Assembly (NCBI GenBank): GCA_013239625.1
Contig: MU054204.1
Span: 396,879 to 460,878, forward strand
Direction: 5' to 3'
DNA from: Lama guanicoe
Taxonomy: Eukaryota
Length of the DNA: 64,000 nucleotides
Part shown: in pieces, positions 25,916 through 37,550 of the stretch
How positions within the stretch are numbered: position 1 is the first letter of the stretch
Layout: each line of letters begins with the position of its first letter
Translations under genes and position numbers: made by a program
The notes under the pieces: model-generated
Database searches by the model: none
Told to the model about the DNA's origin: nothing
Seen by the model: the letters and a program-made list of their open reading frames with translations, nothing else

Positions 25916-27124
25916 CCTAAGCTCTTGATATATATTTAACTGCCCACTGGACACTGCCACCTCTCTGTCCAAATCTGCATTCATATGCTTTCTATCTCAA
26001 CCTTTCTAATATTCTGATAGCCTATTTTCAGTTGATGGTAATATCCAGTCACCCAACCTAGAAACCTGCAAACCATCCTTCATTATGGTTATGTTAATAC
26101 CCTACTTAAAACTCTTCAGTGGCATCCCATCAACTATGGGATCCAAGCTCCTTAGCATTCCATTCAAGCATTCCACAATCTAGGTCCCAACAACCTCTCC
26201 TGTCCTTCAACTAATGCTCCATCAATACAGACCCATACTCAGAATTCCCTGTTCACACCATGTTTTTTCTCTGCCTGGAGTTTCCTCTCCCCAGCCTTCT
26301 AATTTGTAATCCTTTTCACCTGGATAATTTCTAGTTCTGCTTCAGAACTCAGTTCAAACAATCTCATTTAGGAAGCATAGTCTGAAACTTGACCCTGAAC
26401 CCCAGGCAGGTCTAAGAATTGCTCCCTCTAACATAGCACTTAGAATACTCTATGATCATTGCTCATTTTTATGTCAGTCCCCTCTCTGAGTATAAACTCC
26501 TTAAGAGATGATACTCAGTGTCCTCAGCACCTAGCAAAATGCCAATCCAGGCTGAATTGACCCAAGCAAAAGACAGACTCTACCCTAACCTCAGGATAGG
26601 AAATGGTTTTTCAGAAAACCTCTTAGGACTGTTCATAATGGCAAAGAGTAGTTTAACAAGTAGCCCCCTCATAGAGGAAGAAAATGATAAATAAATCCAG
26701 GTCTTATATGAAGGTGGTATGCAGTATTTCAGTCATACTGATTGTAAGAATATTAAAATATTTTCGTACTAGCCAGTAAATAGCTGTTTAATACTGAAGC
26801 TCTCCAAGTGCTTCCACCACTATTCTGGGCCTGCCTCTAAGATTCTGCCAGAACTCTCCACCATCCAGCCCAAAATGGGCTTCTAGAACCCTGCTCTAGC
26901 ACTAATGTTTCTTCTGATTGATTAGTGCCCATGCTAAGCTAGTTGTTAAATATTTTGAAGATTACCTCTAAATTTACTTCTCCCCAGTTGTGCAGCATTC
27001 CTTCCCACAACATTTTCAGCTTATTTTAATGTTTCAGGGTCCTGGGGACCTCCTTGCTAAGCTTAGACCCTAAGCTGAACAATGAAACATCTACTAGAAA
27101 GAGTAAACTATAGTCAAAACAGAC

Positions 27125-27300
27125 ATTTATTTTGTAAATAAGTTCATTTGTGTCTTTTTTTATATTCCACAGATAAGTAACCTATAATGAAAAAGAATAT
27201 GAAATGGAATATATGTATGTATATGTATGAGTGAAACATTATGCTGTATGCCAGAAATGGACACAAACTGTAAAGAGACTATACTTCAATTTTTTAAAAA
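27125..27300 (+). mobile_element. Short young L1 3' end with inverted 5' segment
   Basis: ~27125-27178 is antisense L1 3'UTR (ttttgtaaataagttcatttgtgtc...ttccacagataagt); ~27177-27300 is the sense terminus. Confidence 0.8.
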
Positions 27301-28147
27301 AGGGATTAAAAACATGTTTAGCATTATCAGGACTAATGTTTTTGTAGCTTTCTCTGGCATAGGATCACCCCCTTCTTCTCAAATAAAATTTTATAGCAGG
27401 GCAATATACTACTAAGTCAATGCCCAGATACATGTCTCTTTCTCTTTTCAGTGGAATGGATTAATAAACAAAACAAGAAACCAGGAGGTCTGGAGCAGGT
27501 CCAAGGTTGTAGCATATTTAACAAATTCCCAGATTATTCCAATACACACTAAACTTTGATCGAAAGTCATCATGGAGATGGGATGAGTTGCCAAGATGGA
27601 GAGGGAACACACTGGCCTGGAAGAAAAGCAATGAGATCTTTGTCACCAGAGCCTGATTACCAGTGCCTTCCTGGATTGCTCAAACCCCAAGATTCTGGTA
27701 TAATTGAAGGGAGGTGAAAGGATCCCACAAAGCAACTGTTACTGGACTTCTGGCCAACACTGCTGAGTAGGGGCTCATAGAGGATTATTATTTTTTCTAA
27801 TTTAATCCACATTGATTTTTATTGCACTTTTAAAAATGGAGATATATGGCAGTTCATTTCTAATAATTGATAAGCCTAATACATGGAGTTAACAGCCAAT
27901 GTTGTTTTAGCTGCTAAATATAATAGTAGCTCTGAAGCTAGTATTCAGTTCTGCAACAAATCTTCAGGTTTGTGTACCTCAAACCTCAGATACACAAAAT
28001 GAAACTTTCAAAACTGTAATTATATTAACAAATCTTCTGGACTCAGTTTATCCCAACATTAGCAGTAACATAAAATGAAGCAAGCCCACAGTTAGAATAA
28101 AATTCTATTTTCTCTATTACTCAAATCAAAGAATCAAATTTATTTTA

Positions 28148-28315
28148 TTTTTAAAAATCTTCTTTAATGTAATTTTTTATTTCTTGGGGAGGGAGATAAT
28201 TAGGTCTATTTATTTATTTGTTTATTTATTTATTTATTTTTAATGGCGGTACCAGAGAACCCTGGATCTCGTGCATGCTAAGCACGTGCTTTACCACTGA
28301 GCTATACTCTCCCCC
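28148..28315 (-). mobile_element. tRNA-Ala-derived SINE (Vic-1-like)
   Basis: ctcgtgcatgctaagcacgtgctttaccactgagctatac; TSD atcaaWtttatttta (14/15). Confidence 0.9.
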
Positions 28316-28364
28316 TATCAATTTTATTTTAGTCAAGCATTTAAAACATAAGTTATCTTATCAT

Positions 28365-28855
28365 TTTCCTTAGACTGTTGATTTGAGATAATTATAGATT
28401 CACATGAAGTTGGAAGAAATCATCCAGCGAGATCCTGTGGACCCCTCACTCAGTTTCCTTCAATGGTAACTATAGTACAATACAAACAACCAAGTTATTG
28501 ACATCAAAATGATCCACTGATCTCATTCAAATTTCTCCAGTTTTACTTGTACTCATTCATGTGTGTATTTAATTCTATATACCTTATCACTTGTATAGGT
28601 TTGTGTACCCACCACCATGGTCAAGATATAGGACAGTTCCATCACCACAAGAATCTCTTGTTTTGCCCTTTTATAACCATACACACTTCCCTCCCACAAC
28701 CCTCCCCAAAACCAAAACTCTAAGTCCTGATAACCACTAAGCCATTCCCAATTTCTATGATTTTGTCACTTCAAAAATTTACATAAATAGAGTCATACTG
28801 TACATAACTTTTATGGATTGGCTTTTTATTATTCAGCATAATTACCCAGAGATAT
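28365..28855 (-). mobile_element. L1MC-like 3' end
   Basis: ttgagataattatagattcacatgaagtt...cagttccatcaccacaaga...taaccactaa. Confidence 0.75.
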
Positions 28856-28859
28856 TTTT

Positions 28860-29600
28860 TCTATTAATACATTTTTCAGTTTGCATTTAGTTCTTTTTTA
28901 TAACTCCTATTTCCTTGCTGAGATTTTCTATTTTTTCATTTGTTTCTAGCATGTTCATAATAGCTCATTGAAGCATCTTTATAATGGCTTCTTTAAACTC
29001 TTTGTCAGATAATTCCAACATATGATTCATCTTTGTGTTGGTGTCATTAGATTGTCTTTTCCTTTTAAAGTTATTTTCCTGGTTCTTGGTATGACAGGTG
29101 ATCTTTTTTAATGCATCCTAGATATTTTGGCTATTGTGTTAGGAAATTCTAACCCTGTGTAAGTCCTCCATTTTAGCAGGCAGTCTCCTTGTTTAGGTTT
29201 AGCATGTAGGTCCTGGCCTAATCTTGAGTGCTGTGGTTCAATAACTGTTTAATTTTCAGAGTCTTTGCTGTGCTTTGATTGGCTTGGATCATCTGATACC
29301 ACTTGGGCTCCCAGTGGTCTGTGCTGGTTCTGACTGTGGAGGGAGAAGATACTTCCCCAGGCTAGGTTGTATGTTGCTTCTAAGTGGGTGAAATGGAGTC
29401 TCCATGAAGAAGAACACTTTCTGCACTTGGCCATTTGTTGTGGCCAGATCTTTCCATCCAGGGCAGCCTGGTCAGTCTGTGGCAGGGAGGGGATTCTCAG
29501 GTCCATGGACACAAAGAAGCTCCCAGGCTAGGTCACTTGTTCTGGAGGGATCCTGCCTGGTCACCCAGTATCTTTCAGTAGGGAAGGAAATCTCAAAGAC
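28860..29600 (-). mobile_element. Old L1/HAL1-type ORF1 N-terminus and 5' region
   Basis: ttgctgagattttctatt...gctcattgaagcatctttataatggcttctttaaactctttgtcagataattccaacat. Confidence 0.6.
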
Positions 29601-29934
29601 CTTTGCCATCTCATCTAGACCACAAGACCTCTTTATTCTCTTTTATGCTAGTTAAGATGTCTTAGTATTAAACTAATCTCTTCCTTCTTCTAAATTGTAT
29701 AGGGCATTTAAAAAAATATTGTTCTTGCTCTACATTTAAGAGACTTAACATCATCTCTCATTTCTACAGTCAACTGGATTATTCACCAATAAATTAACTT
29801 AGCCAGTCCCTGGTGTTTTATTCAATATTATCACTTAGAAAAGGAAAAACTTCTTCTTGAAATGTAACATAAATACAGAAAAGTGAACGAATCTTAAATT
29901 TACACACCAGCAAGTTACCACAAAATGAACACAC

Positions 29935-30095
29935 AGGAAACTATATTCAATGTCTTGTAGTAACCTATAATGAAAAAGAATATGAAAAGGAATATATGTG
30001 TGACAGAACTATTGTGCTATACACCAGAAATTGACACAACATTGTAGACTGACTATACTTCAATAAAAAAGATAAAATAAACAAACAAACAAACA
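29935..30095 (+). mobile_element. Young L1 3' terminus with TSD
   Basis: ggaaactatattcaatgtcttgtagtaacctataatgaaaaagaatatg; gaacacac on both flanks. Confidence 0.9.
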
Positions 30096-30225
30096 AAAGA
30101 ACACACTAATACAGTATTTCTTTTGATTAGAAAAACATTCTGGATAATTTCACAAGAATGTGAACATACTTAACACTACTGAACTGTACACTTAAAAATG
30201 GTTAAGATGCTAAATATAATATGTA

Positions 30226-30230
<5 letters not shown>

Positions 30231-30265
<35 letters not shown>
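30231..30265. repeat. (TA)n microsatellite inside an L1ME-like 3' remnant
   Basis: About 17 TA units after cactactgaactgtacacttaaaaatggttaagatg. Confidence 0.9.
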
Positions 30266-30268
<3 letters not shown>

Positions 30269-30819
30269 ACTATTAAAAAAATATATATATATATGTTACG
30301 AAATTTAAAAAAAAGAATCTGGGGAGATAAAACAGCTAAATTCTGAAAAATACCAACAATGCCTCCAGATTCAGCCTAGCAGAGGTCACTGGAGCAAATT
30401 CCTAGTACATAGACCCTTGGCTTTAGCTCATTTTCCTCCTACATATTCAGGAAAACAGATCTTCATGGTTTTTTGTCTATGAAGAAAAAAAGAAAGAAAT
30501 GTGGCAGCTGTTCCATCTTAAGTGTTGTGGAAAAAGCAAAGCATAGATTCTTTAGCTGAAGTCAGGATGGTACAGCAACCCTGCCCTTTTCACTTTGACT
30601 TTTCACCACATGGTCATCCTATCATCAGGACTGTTGTGCAAATTAAGTGAAATAAAATAGATAAAAGGTCTTCTATATGGCAGATATTCTTTAAAAGTTT
30701 AATTGAACATGGAGATAAATGAGAGGTTAACATAGACTCATATTATCACACATGCTGCTGACATCTCTAAAGAGGAAAACCAGGAAAGAAGAGTCAAGGA
30801 GTTGGACTTACTTGTGTGT

Positions 30820-31020
30820 GAAGCATCATGAAAAGTGATTTATAAATGATATCCCATTTAACCCTCTACAATGAGTGCTAAGGTACTATTAATTTTCCCA
30901 CTTGACAGATGAAAAAAACCAAAGCTCGGAAAGATTAGGATAACTTGCCCATGGACACATAGTAAAAAAAAATTAAAATTAAAAAGTAGCAGAACTAGGA
31001 TTTGCATATCTACTCTCTAG
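30820..31020 (-). mobile_element. MIR
   Basis: cccatttaaccctctacaa...gacagatgaaaaaa...ggataacttgcccatggacacatag. Confidence 0.7.
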
Positions 31021-31039
31021 CCTAAATATAAAGCCAAGC

Positions 31040-31525
31040 CTGCCAAAGAATAAAACTCAACCCCTTTTCATGGAGTGCAATAATCCAGCCCCAGCAGACC
31101 TTCCCAGTCTTCTCTCTCCACTTCTCCACCTTATAGTTTAGGCTCTAGTAACTGAATAATCCCTCCCTCATCCTTCCCTTCCTTAACCAACCATTACACA
31201 TTTACATGCTGTTGTTTCTCACTTCTATGCTTTGTTCCTAATGTCCTCAATTTGGCATCCTCTCCCTCTCCCATTTACATAGCTAAGTCATCTCTTCTTG
31301 GAAATCTTCCCAAATCCCCACTGTCCCTATCTCCTTAACCTGCCTACCTTCATATACTCCCACTATGTTCTGTGCTTATTTATGTTGAATTGTCATTGTA
31401 TATTTACTTTTATGTGAGCTCCTTGAAGGCAAGAACCATTTCTTATTCACCTGCACTATGTTTAACATGATTCCTGGCATATACTTGCTACCCAATAAAT
31501 GTTTGTTGTATGAATAAACGACTGA
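31040..31525 (+). mobile_element. L2 3' end
   Basis: tgtgagctccttgaaggcaagaacc...cctggcatatac...caataaatgtttgttgtatgaataaa. Confidence 0.8.
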
Positions 31526-32219
31526 GTGAACCAATTAATGACTCTAAACAGTGTTTTTACCTATTCAGCCATTCATCTATCTTGTTCTGAATTTTGGAAC
31601 CATGTTCTTGTGCCAACCACCTCTACTGTTATTATTTACTTAATATTTTTCTTCAGCTCAAGTCACTTTTCAATATTTGAGATCAATCTAGCCTTGTTCT
31701 AAGCAATATCTGTGAAATCATGGGTTGAATGTATTCAATGATATACATTTATAAACATATATATAATACATTAAGATGAATACATAACTGTTGAAAATTT
31801 TTAAATGTTCATATGTTTGCCTCCCAAATCACCTGAACCTCCAGTGGAACACACACCTTGCTAAGGAAATAATCACCTAATGTCACTGCTACTGTTTCCT
31901 GAAGCCTAGATCTGATGGGCACAGGAAGACAGGGAGGGTACATGGCAGCTCGTTACCTTTGTGATACTATCACTAGGGCAGGTGACTGACTCAATACTGA
32001 GACTATCTTGACTGAAGTAGGAAGTCTTTAAACATCAGCAGTTGCCCATAATACTGCTTGCCTAGTCTCTGGAATACAGCATCCCAGACTTGATCCTGGG
32101 ATGCCTATGGGATGCAAGGGGTTCAGGACAAGCTATACCCTGCCCCAACACAATGCACCTATTCTGTTATAATTGAGTTCTGGCTCCAAGTTTTGAGTTC
32201 AAGCCTTCTCTGAGTGGTA

Positions 32220-32590
32220 CACAGTGTGTAGAACTGAATGTGAGACAGTAGATCCTAGCACTGATTCTTAACTGGGTGACCTTGAGCAAATTTTCTGAAC
32301 TTAATTTTTCTCACCTATAAAATATATATGTTATAGATATACCTCATGCAGTGTTTCTCAGTTCTGGCTGTACATTATCATTATCTGGGGAGATTTTTAA
32401 AAAACATTTTTTGACCAAAATATTGATTTAATTGGTGCAAGTAAAGCGTGGGCCCTAATAATTGTTATTCAAGTTTTTCAATGTGCAGCTAAGGTGGAGA
32501 AGCACTGAGTTCATTCGAGAATTAAGTGAAACATTTATAAAGCACCTGGAACACAATCAATACCCAAGATATTATTCATGTTATCATCAT
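32220..32590 (+). mobile_element. MIR with nested MER5-type MITE (~32349-32505)
   Basis: tgggtgaccttgagcaa...tcacctataaaat; cagtgtttctcagttctggctgtacatta...ggtggagaagcactg; gagaattaagtgaaaca. Confidence 0.65.
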
Positions 32591-32971
32591 TACTATCAGG
32601 CTCGTTCATTGGTCATCCTTTCTAGTTTCCATCCTGGTAGCCCACGCATCTCCCGCCCCAAGGACCAGGCCAGCTGTCTGAATCATGTTTTCTGATGATG
32701 ATTTTGAACATCATCCTATGCCTTCTTAGCAGAGCCTCTGTCACAAGGACCACATGTCTTCCACACACTCTTGTTGAAGCCACCCATGTCCAGGTTTGTG
32801 GGTGATTGTGAATAAGCCCCCATGTCCTGCTTCTCTGTGGAATCCAAGATAGAGTGGGTGGCCATGGCAATCACACGTTGCCTCTCTCCCCCTCCCCCTT
32901 ATCCAGAGACATCAGGTTACAAGAGAACAGGCTGTTCTTCTTAGTAATGGGGTGGGGGAAGGGAAAGAGGC

Positions 32972-33020
32972 CAGCTGTATGCATATGAGTCACATATGAG
33001 CTGCATATGAAACTCAGGTG
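32972..33020. promoter_or_regulatory. Candidate enhancer core: five E-boxes (four at 11-bp period) with an overlapping AP-1 site
   Basis: CAGCTG-tatg-CATATG-agtca-CATATG-agctg-CATATG-aaact-CAGGTG; TGAGTCA at 32986-32992. Confidence 0.5.
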
Positions 33021-33139
33021 ACTTTTTTTTCTTGTTATGGAGGGTGTTTTGCTTTTTTTCATACCATTAGTGACTAAAGCTGGTTTTGAGCCTAAGGAAG
33101 GCTGCTAATGTGACTACTTGTTAATGATCACCCTAAAAG

Positions 33140-33365
33140 CAATAGTTAATATTTACTGAATGTCATGCACCGTGTTAAAGTGCTTATATAAGGATTATCT
33201 TATTTAATCTCCAGAGCAACCCTTGGAGACAGGGTCTATTTTTATCACCTTCATTTTTCAAATAAGAAAACTGTGAGGCCCAGATTGGTGAAGTAAATAC
33301 CTTGTCTCAAGGTAGCAGGTGAAGGATCACAAGAACTCTGGCTCTAGAGACTGTGCTTTGACCCA
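33140..33365 (-). mobile_element. MIR
   Basis: aatatttactgaatg...ttatcttatttaatctccagagcaaccc...cattttcaaataagaaaactg. Confidence 0.75.
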
Positions 33366-33504
33366 TATTTCTAAACTTTAAGTCCTAGAGATGCAAGAGA
33401 CCCAAGAGATCTCCCAATCCAACTCCCTTATGTTATCAATGAGAGAAACTCAGAACCAACTAGGGAAAGGAACATTTTCTTGAACCATGGGCATCTTTTA
33501 AGAA

Positions 33505-34290
33505 AATTCATTTAACAAAAGTTTATTGAGCCAGGTGTTGTGCTGGGTGCTGGAGATATAGAGTTAAAAAAAGTAAAAATCCTTACTCTAATGAAGCTGA
33601 TATTGTAGGGGAGAGACAGCCAATAAACAAAGTAATGAAACAAATGTAGTGTATTAGATATTGATAAGTACTATACAAAAAATAAAACAGGGAAGAATCA
33701 AAAGGAGTATAGGGGTGGCTGAAATTTTAAATAGAGCAGTCAGGGATGGTCTCACTGAAAAGGAGCATTCTTTTAATTAAGATATGAAGGAGGTGAAGGA
33801 ATGAATTATTTGAGTATCTGGGGGAAGATTTTCTCAGGAAGAGAAAATAGCTAGTGCAAAGCCCCTGGGGCAGAGGTGTGATTGCTTATGTCTAAGGACC
33901 AGCAAGGAAGCAAGTGTGGCTGCAACAGAATGAGCGGGAGGCATTCTGATATTGTAGTGCTGAAGAGGGGACAAACCATGCAGGGATTCAGAGGCCATGA
34001 TAAAACCTTTGACTTTTACTCTGACTGAGATAATAAATCATTAGAGGATTTGGAGCAGAGGAGTGATATGATCTGACTTGAGCACTGAAAGTATCCCTCT
34101 GGCTGCTGTAAGGAAAACAGGGGGATAAGTACAGAGGCTATTGTGAGTGAATGGTGGCTTAGAACAAAGTGGTAGTAGTGAGAAGGGTGAAAATGTGGTC
34201 AATTTCTGAGAAAATTTGAAGGTAGACCCAGTTGTAAGCGAAGAATGGTTGTGAAGTGTGAGAGAAAGAGAAAAGTCAAGAATGTCTGGT
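33505..34290 (-). mobile_element. L2 LINE 3' part
   Basis: ttcatttaacaaaagtttattgagccaggtgttgtgctgggtgctggagatata...gtgcaaagcccctgggg...gcagaggagtgatatgatctgactt. Confidence 0.9.
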
Positions 34291-34292
34291 TT

Positions 34293-35016
34293 ACCCCCTA
34301 TAATGTTGGTGGGAATGTAAATTGGTGCAGTCACTATACAAAATAGTATGGAGATTCCTTAAAAAACAAGAATTTCTATGTGATCCAGCAATCCCACTCC
34401 TGGGCATATATCCAGAGGAAACTCTAGTTCAAAAAGATACATGCACCTCAATATTCATGGCAGCACTATTTACAATAATCAAGAACTGGAAGCAACCTAA
34501 ATGTTCATTGACAGATGACTAGATAAAGAAGATGTGGTACATATATACAATGGAATACTATTCAGCCATAAAAAAGAATGAAATCATGCCATTTGCAGCA
34601 ACATGGATGGACCTAGGGATTATCATACTAAGTGAAGTAAATCAGATAAAGACAAATATATATCACTTATATGTGGAAACTTAAAACAAAAATGACACTA
34701 GTGAACTTATTTACAAAATGAAAACAGACTGTTGGACATAAAGGACAAACTTATGGTTACCAAAGGGGAAAGGAAGGAGAGGGATAAATTAGGAGTTTGG
34801 GATTAGCAGATACACACTACTATATGTGAATAGGTAAATAACAAGGTCCCACTGTGTAGCACAGGAAACTACATTCAATAGCTTGTAATAACATATACTG
34901 AAAAAGAATATGAAAAAGGATATGTGTGTGTATGTGTGTACTGAATCACCATACTGTACGCCAGAAACTAACACAACATTGTAAATCAACTACACTTCAA
35001 TTAAAAAAAGAGAGAG
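34293..35016 (+). mobile_element. Young 5'-truncated L1 (ORF2 end + 3'UTR)
   Basis: [13 protein letters not shown] (ORF track 34322-34522); agaaYgtctg on both flanks (34279.. and 35017..). Confidence 0.95.
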
Positions 35017-35780
35017 AGAACGTCTGTTTCAGCCTCCTCCATCACACTCCCTGGGCCCACACACTGTTGGGCCCAAGAATTTCTTTGACCAAGCAGCTGC
35101 CATTAATTCTCATCTTTTCCTCCTGCCTCAGTTTTAATCCAACTCCTAGGATACTCAGGGCAGTCTACTGCCTTCTTAGCAAATCATGGAAAAGAGGTGA
35201 AGCCAGCAGAATGACTGAGCCCCTGTAGTGAAGGTGAGACAACTTGGCCAGAGGTGCCCTATCCTTATTAGAGTTACCTGCCCCAGAACCACTGCAAGAA
35301 AACAGAATATCCTGAAATTTGAAACCATTTGTGCTCACTGGTCTGCTGGATGAGGCAGCCATTATGGCCTGAATAAGAAATTGTGTGACTCCCCCAGCCT
35401 CTCCTGCAGATGGTCAGCAGAGGCCCACTTGACAGCCTGCAGATAGACCCCAGAGGGGAAGAGTCCACTCTACTCCACTTAGCGGTCAGCTTTAAGAAAG
35501 GTCTCAGATCCTGTGGCAGACATTGGGAAACCAGAAGAGGGTAAACACTTCTTTGGTTTTCCATGTGGGGTGACCACTGTATATTAAGATATTTGCAGAC
35601 ATTAGAAAAGTAAAAGGTTTTGTTTCTCCTCCCCTCCCCAATGTTTGAGTCCTGCCTACACAGATTTACACTTTCAAGATTCTTGAGAATAGCAGTTAAT
35701 CCTAGTCATGCTTTCAACTATGTGTCTCTAACAACTGCATTTCCAGGAAGATAATCAGGCCAATTAAGAGTTTCCTTAGG

Positions 35781-36003
35781 TCTGGGAGTTTGAGACTTGC
35801 AGGTACTAACTGGTATATATAAAAATAGATAAACAAGTTTATACTGTATAGCACAGGGAAATGTATTCAATATCTTGTAGTAGCTCACAATGAAAAAGAA
35901 TATGAAAATGAATATATGTATACTCATGTATGACAGAAGAATTGTGCTGTACACCAGAAACTGACACAACATTGTAAACTGACTATAACTCAATTTAAAA
36001 AAA
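35781..36003 (+). mobile_element. Young L1 3' terminus with perfect 15-bp TSD
   Basis: aagagtttccttagg at 35766-35780 and 36004-36018. Confidence 0.95.
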
Positions 36004-36533
36004 AAGAGTTTCCTTAGGAGATCCAAAAAATCAAATGGTACTTCATTAGAGAGAAAAAAGGGTGTACTAGGAAATAAGGAAATGGCAGAGTCCCAGCAGG
36101 GTCCCTAGGCCATGTGTTTCCAAAGTTATTCATTGCTATCTTCCCACAACTGGACTGCGGTAGATGAAAGGGGTGGGGCAATGCAGACATCTCCAGAGTC
36201 TAGCAGTGACATATGGATCAATATCAAGAAGAGAAGTTGAGCTATAGCCTTCTTCCTTTCTAGCTATCCTCACTCTGATGGTAATGCCCCCAAAGGGATA
36301 ACTACCCACTGGGAATGGTAGGTACACATGTGGGACAGTTTCTCTAGCCCAAACCATTCTTTGGTCATATTTGACAACTAGAAGGCATCAGCAACCCAAG
36401 GCTGCAGAGTTTTCAGTAGTCTGAGCCACAAGCTACCAGGAGAAGAAATTTTTTTTTTAAAAAAGTGAGTGTTTTCACCAGAAATTCCACTTAGATGGGC
36501 CTATGAGGAATGACTGACCTAAAAAACCTTGAA

Positions 36534-36720
36534 GGTGGAGGGTATAGCTCAGTGGTAGAGTGTATGCTTAGCATGCATGAGTTGCTGGGTTCAATCCTCA
36601 GTATCTCCATTAAAGATAAATTTTAAAAACCTAGTTACCTGCCCCCTCAAAATAAATAAATAAATAAAAATTTAAAAATAAATAAATAAAATGAAAATAA
36701 TAAAAATAAAATTAAAATAA
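36534..36720 (+). mobile_element. tRNA-Ala-derived SINE (Vic-1-like)
   Basis: gagggtatagctcagtggtagagtgtatgcttagcatgcatgagttgctgggttcaatcc; acctagttacctgcccc tail motif; (AAAT)n tail. Confidence 0.9.
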
Positions 36721-36769
36721 CATTCAAATAATTCTTCTGCAAGTTCTGCTGTGAACTATGAAAATCATA

Positions 36770-36960
36770 GAGTAATAGTCATAGCCTCCCTTAATACTGA
36801 CTGACTTGGTGCTGGAAATGTTATCAACTTTTATGCATTTAATCCTCACAGCAACCTAACAGAAAGGACATTCTTGATATTGATCCACATGTCACTGCTA
36901 GACATCTGAAAGGTGAGGAAATGGAGGCCACCACTGACTTTGATGTCACAGAACTAATCA
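36770..36960 (-). mobile_element. MIR remnant
   Basis: catttaatcctcacagcaacct...ggtgaggaaatggaggc. Confidence 0.6.
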
Positions 36961-37159
36961 AAGGCAGATTCAGGATCCAAAGCTGGATCTGCAGTGCTTG
37001 TTCTACGATTGATGCAAGTTATCTCTAGAATACAAGACCCACTGAAGTTGGCTCCTGCCTTCCCTATCAAACTCTCCTGTCTCATGGCTACCCCATTTGT
37101 GCCTCTAGCAGCACACTTCTTCATGAAAAGACCTTGCACACTCCAGCAGGTAGGTAGGA

Positions 37160-37550
37160 AATTGGTTAAGACTGCAGGTTCTAGAACCCACCTGTCTGGG
37201 TTCATAATGCCATTTCTGCTACTTCCCTGTGGTGGGGGTCTCACCTTCCCTATCTGTAAAATTGGAATAATCATAGTCTCTCCTTCATAGAGTTGTTTTG
37301 AAGGTTAAATAGGATAGTGCACATAAAGCTCTTAGAATGGTGCTTGGCAGAGAGTAGGTATTCTTTCTTTATTTTTTTAAATTTTATTTTGGGGTGAGGT
37401 AATTAGGTCTATATATTTAAATGTTTTTTTTAATGGAGGTACTGGGGATTGAACCCAGGACCTTGTGCATGCTAAGCACGTGCTCTACCACTGAGCTATA
37501 TCCTACCCCCTGAGAATAGGTATTCTTTAAGTGTAAAGTATTATTATTCC
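37160..37550 (+). mobile_element. MIR interrupted by a SINE
   Basis: ctatctgtaaaattggaataatcatagtctctccttcatagagttgttttgaaggttaaatagg. Confidence 0.8.
37367..37510 (-). mobile_element. tRNA-Ala-derived SINE (Vic-1-like)
   Basis: tggaggtactggggattgaacccaggaccttgtgcatgctaagcacgtgctctaccactgagctata; TSD agaRtaggtattcttt. Confidence 0.92.

Larger units (their letters stand above)
24580..26545 (+). mobile_element. L2 LINE remnant interrupted by MIR, SINE and MER45A
   Basis: aatctggtttctgc, caacaatgacctcc, tggcttccaggaca, taaaactcttcagtggc, ctcagcacctagca. Confidence 0.65.

Noticed and set aside
26760..26970. Possible hAT MITE (ctagttgttaaatattttgaa end motif)
   Set aside because: Too degenerate to define both ends or a family.
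37430..37510. tRNA-Ala(AGC)-like gene (and six similar copies)
   Set aside because: Each has an A-rich tail, most have TSDs, and the stems are degenerate. These are SINE copies, not tRNA genes.
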